From: an uncultured Nitrospiraceae bacterium
Lineage (GTDB): Bacteria; Nitrospirota; Nitrospiria; Nitrospirales; Nitrospiraceae
Length of the DNA stretch: 64,000 nt
Direction: 5' to 3'
NCBI GenBank assembly: GCA_963706325.1
Contig: CAVPLT010000007.1
Coordinates: 480,001 to 544,000 of the forward strand
Made by a program: the position numbers and the translations under genes. The notes under the pieces were generated by a model. That model had not been told where the DNA came from. It worked only from the letters and a program-made list of their open reading frames with translations, and ran no database searches. Shown here piece after piece: positions 63,984 to 64,000 of this stretch (positions are counted from its first letter, which is position 1; the number at the start of each line of letters is the position of its first letter).

Positions 63984-64000
63984 GTTCGCATTCCTAACCT

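Overview
A gene-dense bacterial chromosomal window. Gene content, gene order and a characteristic intergenic repeat suggest a Nitrospira-like organism; this is inference, as no marker gene is present. Left part (+ strand): partial bioF, a TPR protein, mltD, a class-V aminotransferase-serA-hisZ-dnaB operon and a TPR lipoprotein. Then a ~27 kb type IV pilin and glycan locus. It holds two tandem pilin paralogues, each behind its own sigma-54 promoter and a matching upstream palindrome, and both ending in a C-terminal Ser. These are followed by a Wzy_C/TPR oligosaccharyltransferase-like gene, a PilGHI-like ABC system, Wzm/Wzt, a three-domain glycosyltransferase, four methyltransferases, an acyltransferase, AsnB, WecA-like and DegT enzymes, and a Gfo/Idh/MocA-SDR fusion. 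Right part (mostly - strand): ppk1, ilvD, PepSY/Spy/MarC/DnaJ, a trehalose/maltose-type ABC importer interrupted by a 126-bp MITE/REP-like element, a seven-gene DNA-damage run (MBL exonuclease, ATP ligase, Lhr, PdeM, Ada-AlkA, Ogt, VOC protein) and a TtuA/TtuB-like tRNA thiolation pair. Four genes (first pilin, DksA/TraR-like gene, Lhr, ligase) carry frameshifts, three at 4-nt G/C runs, which most likely reflects sequencing or assembly error. No rRNA, tRNA, CRISPR array or transposase was recognised. The best candidate novel system is pilin O-glycosylation fed by an ABC-exported, methyl-capped polymeric glycan.
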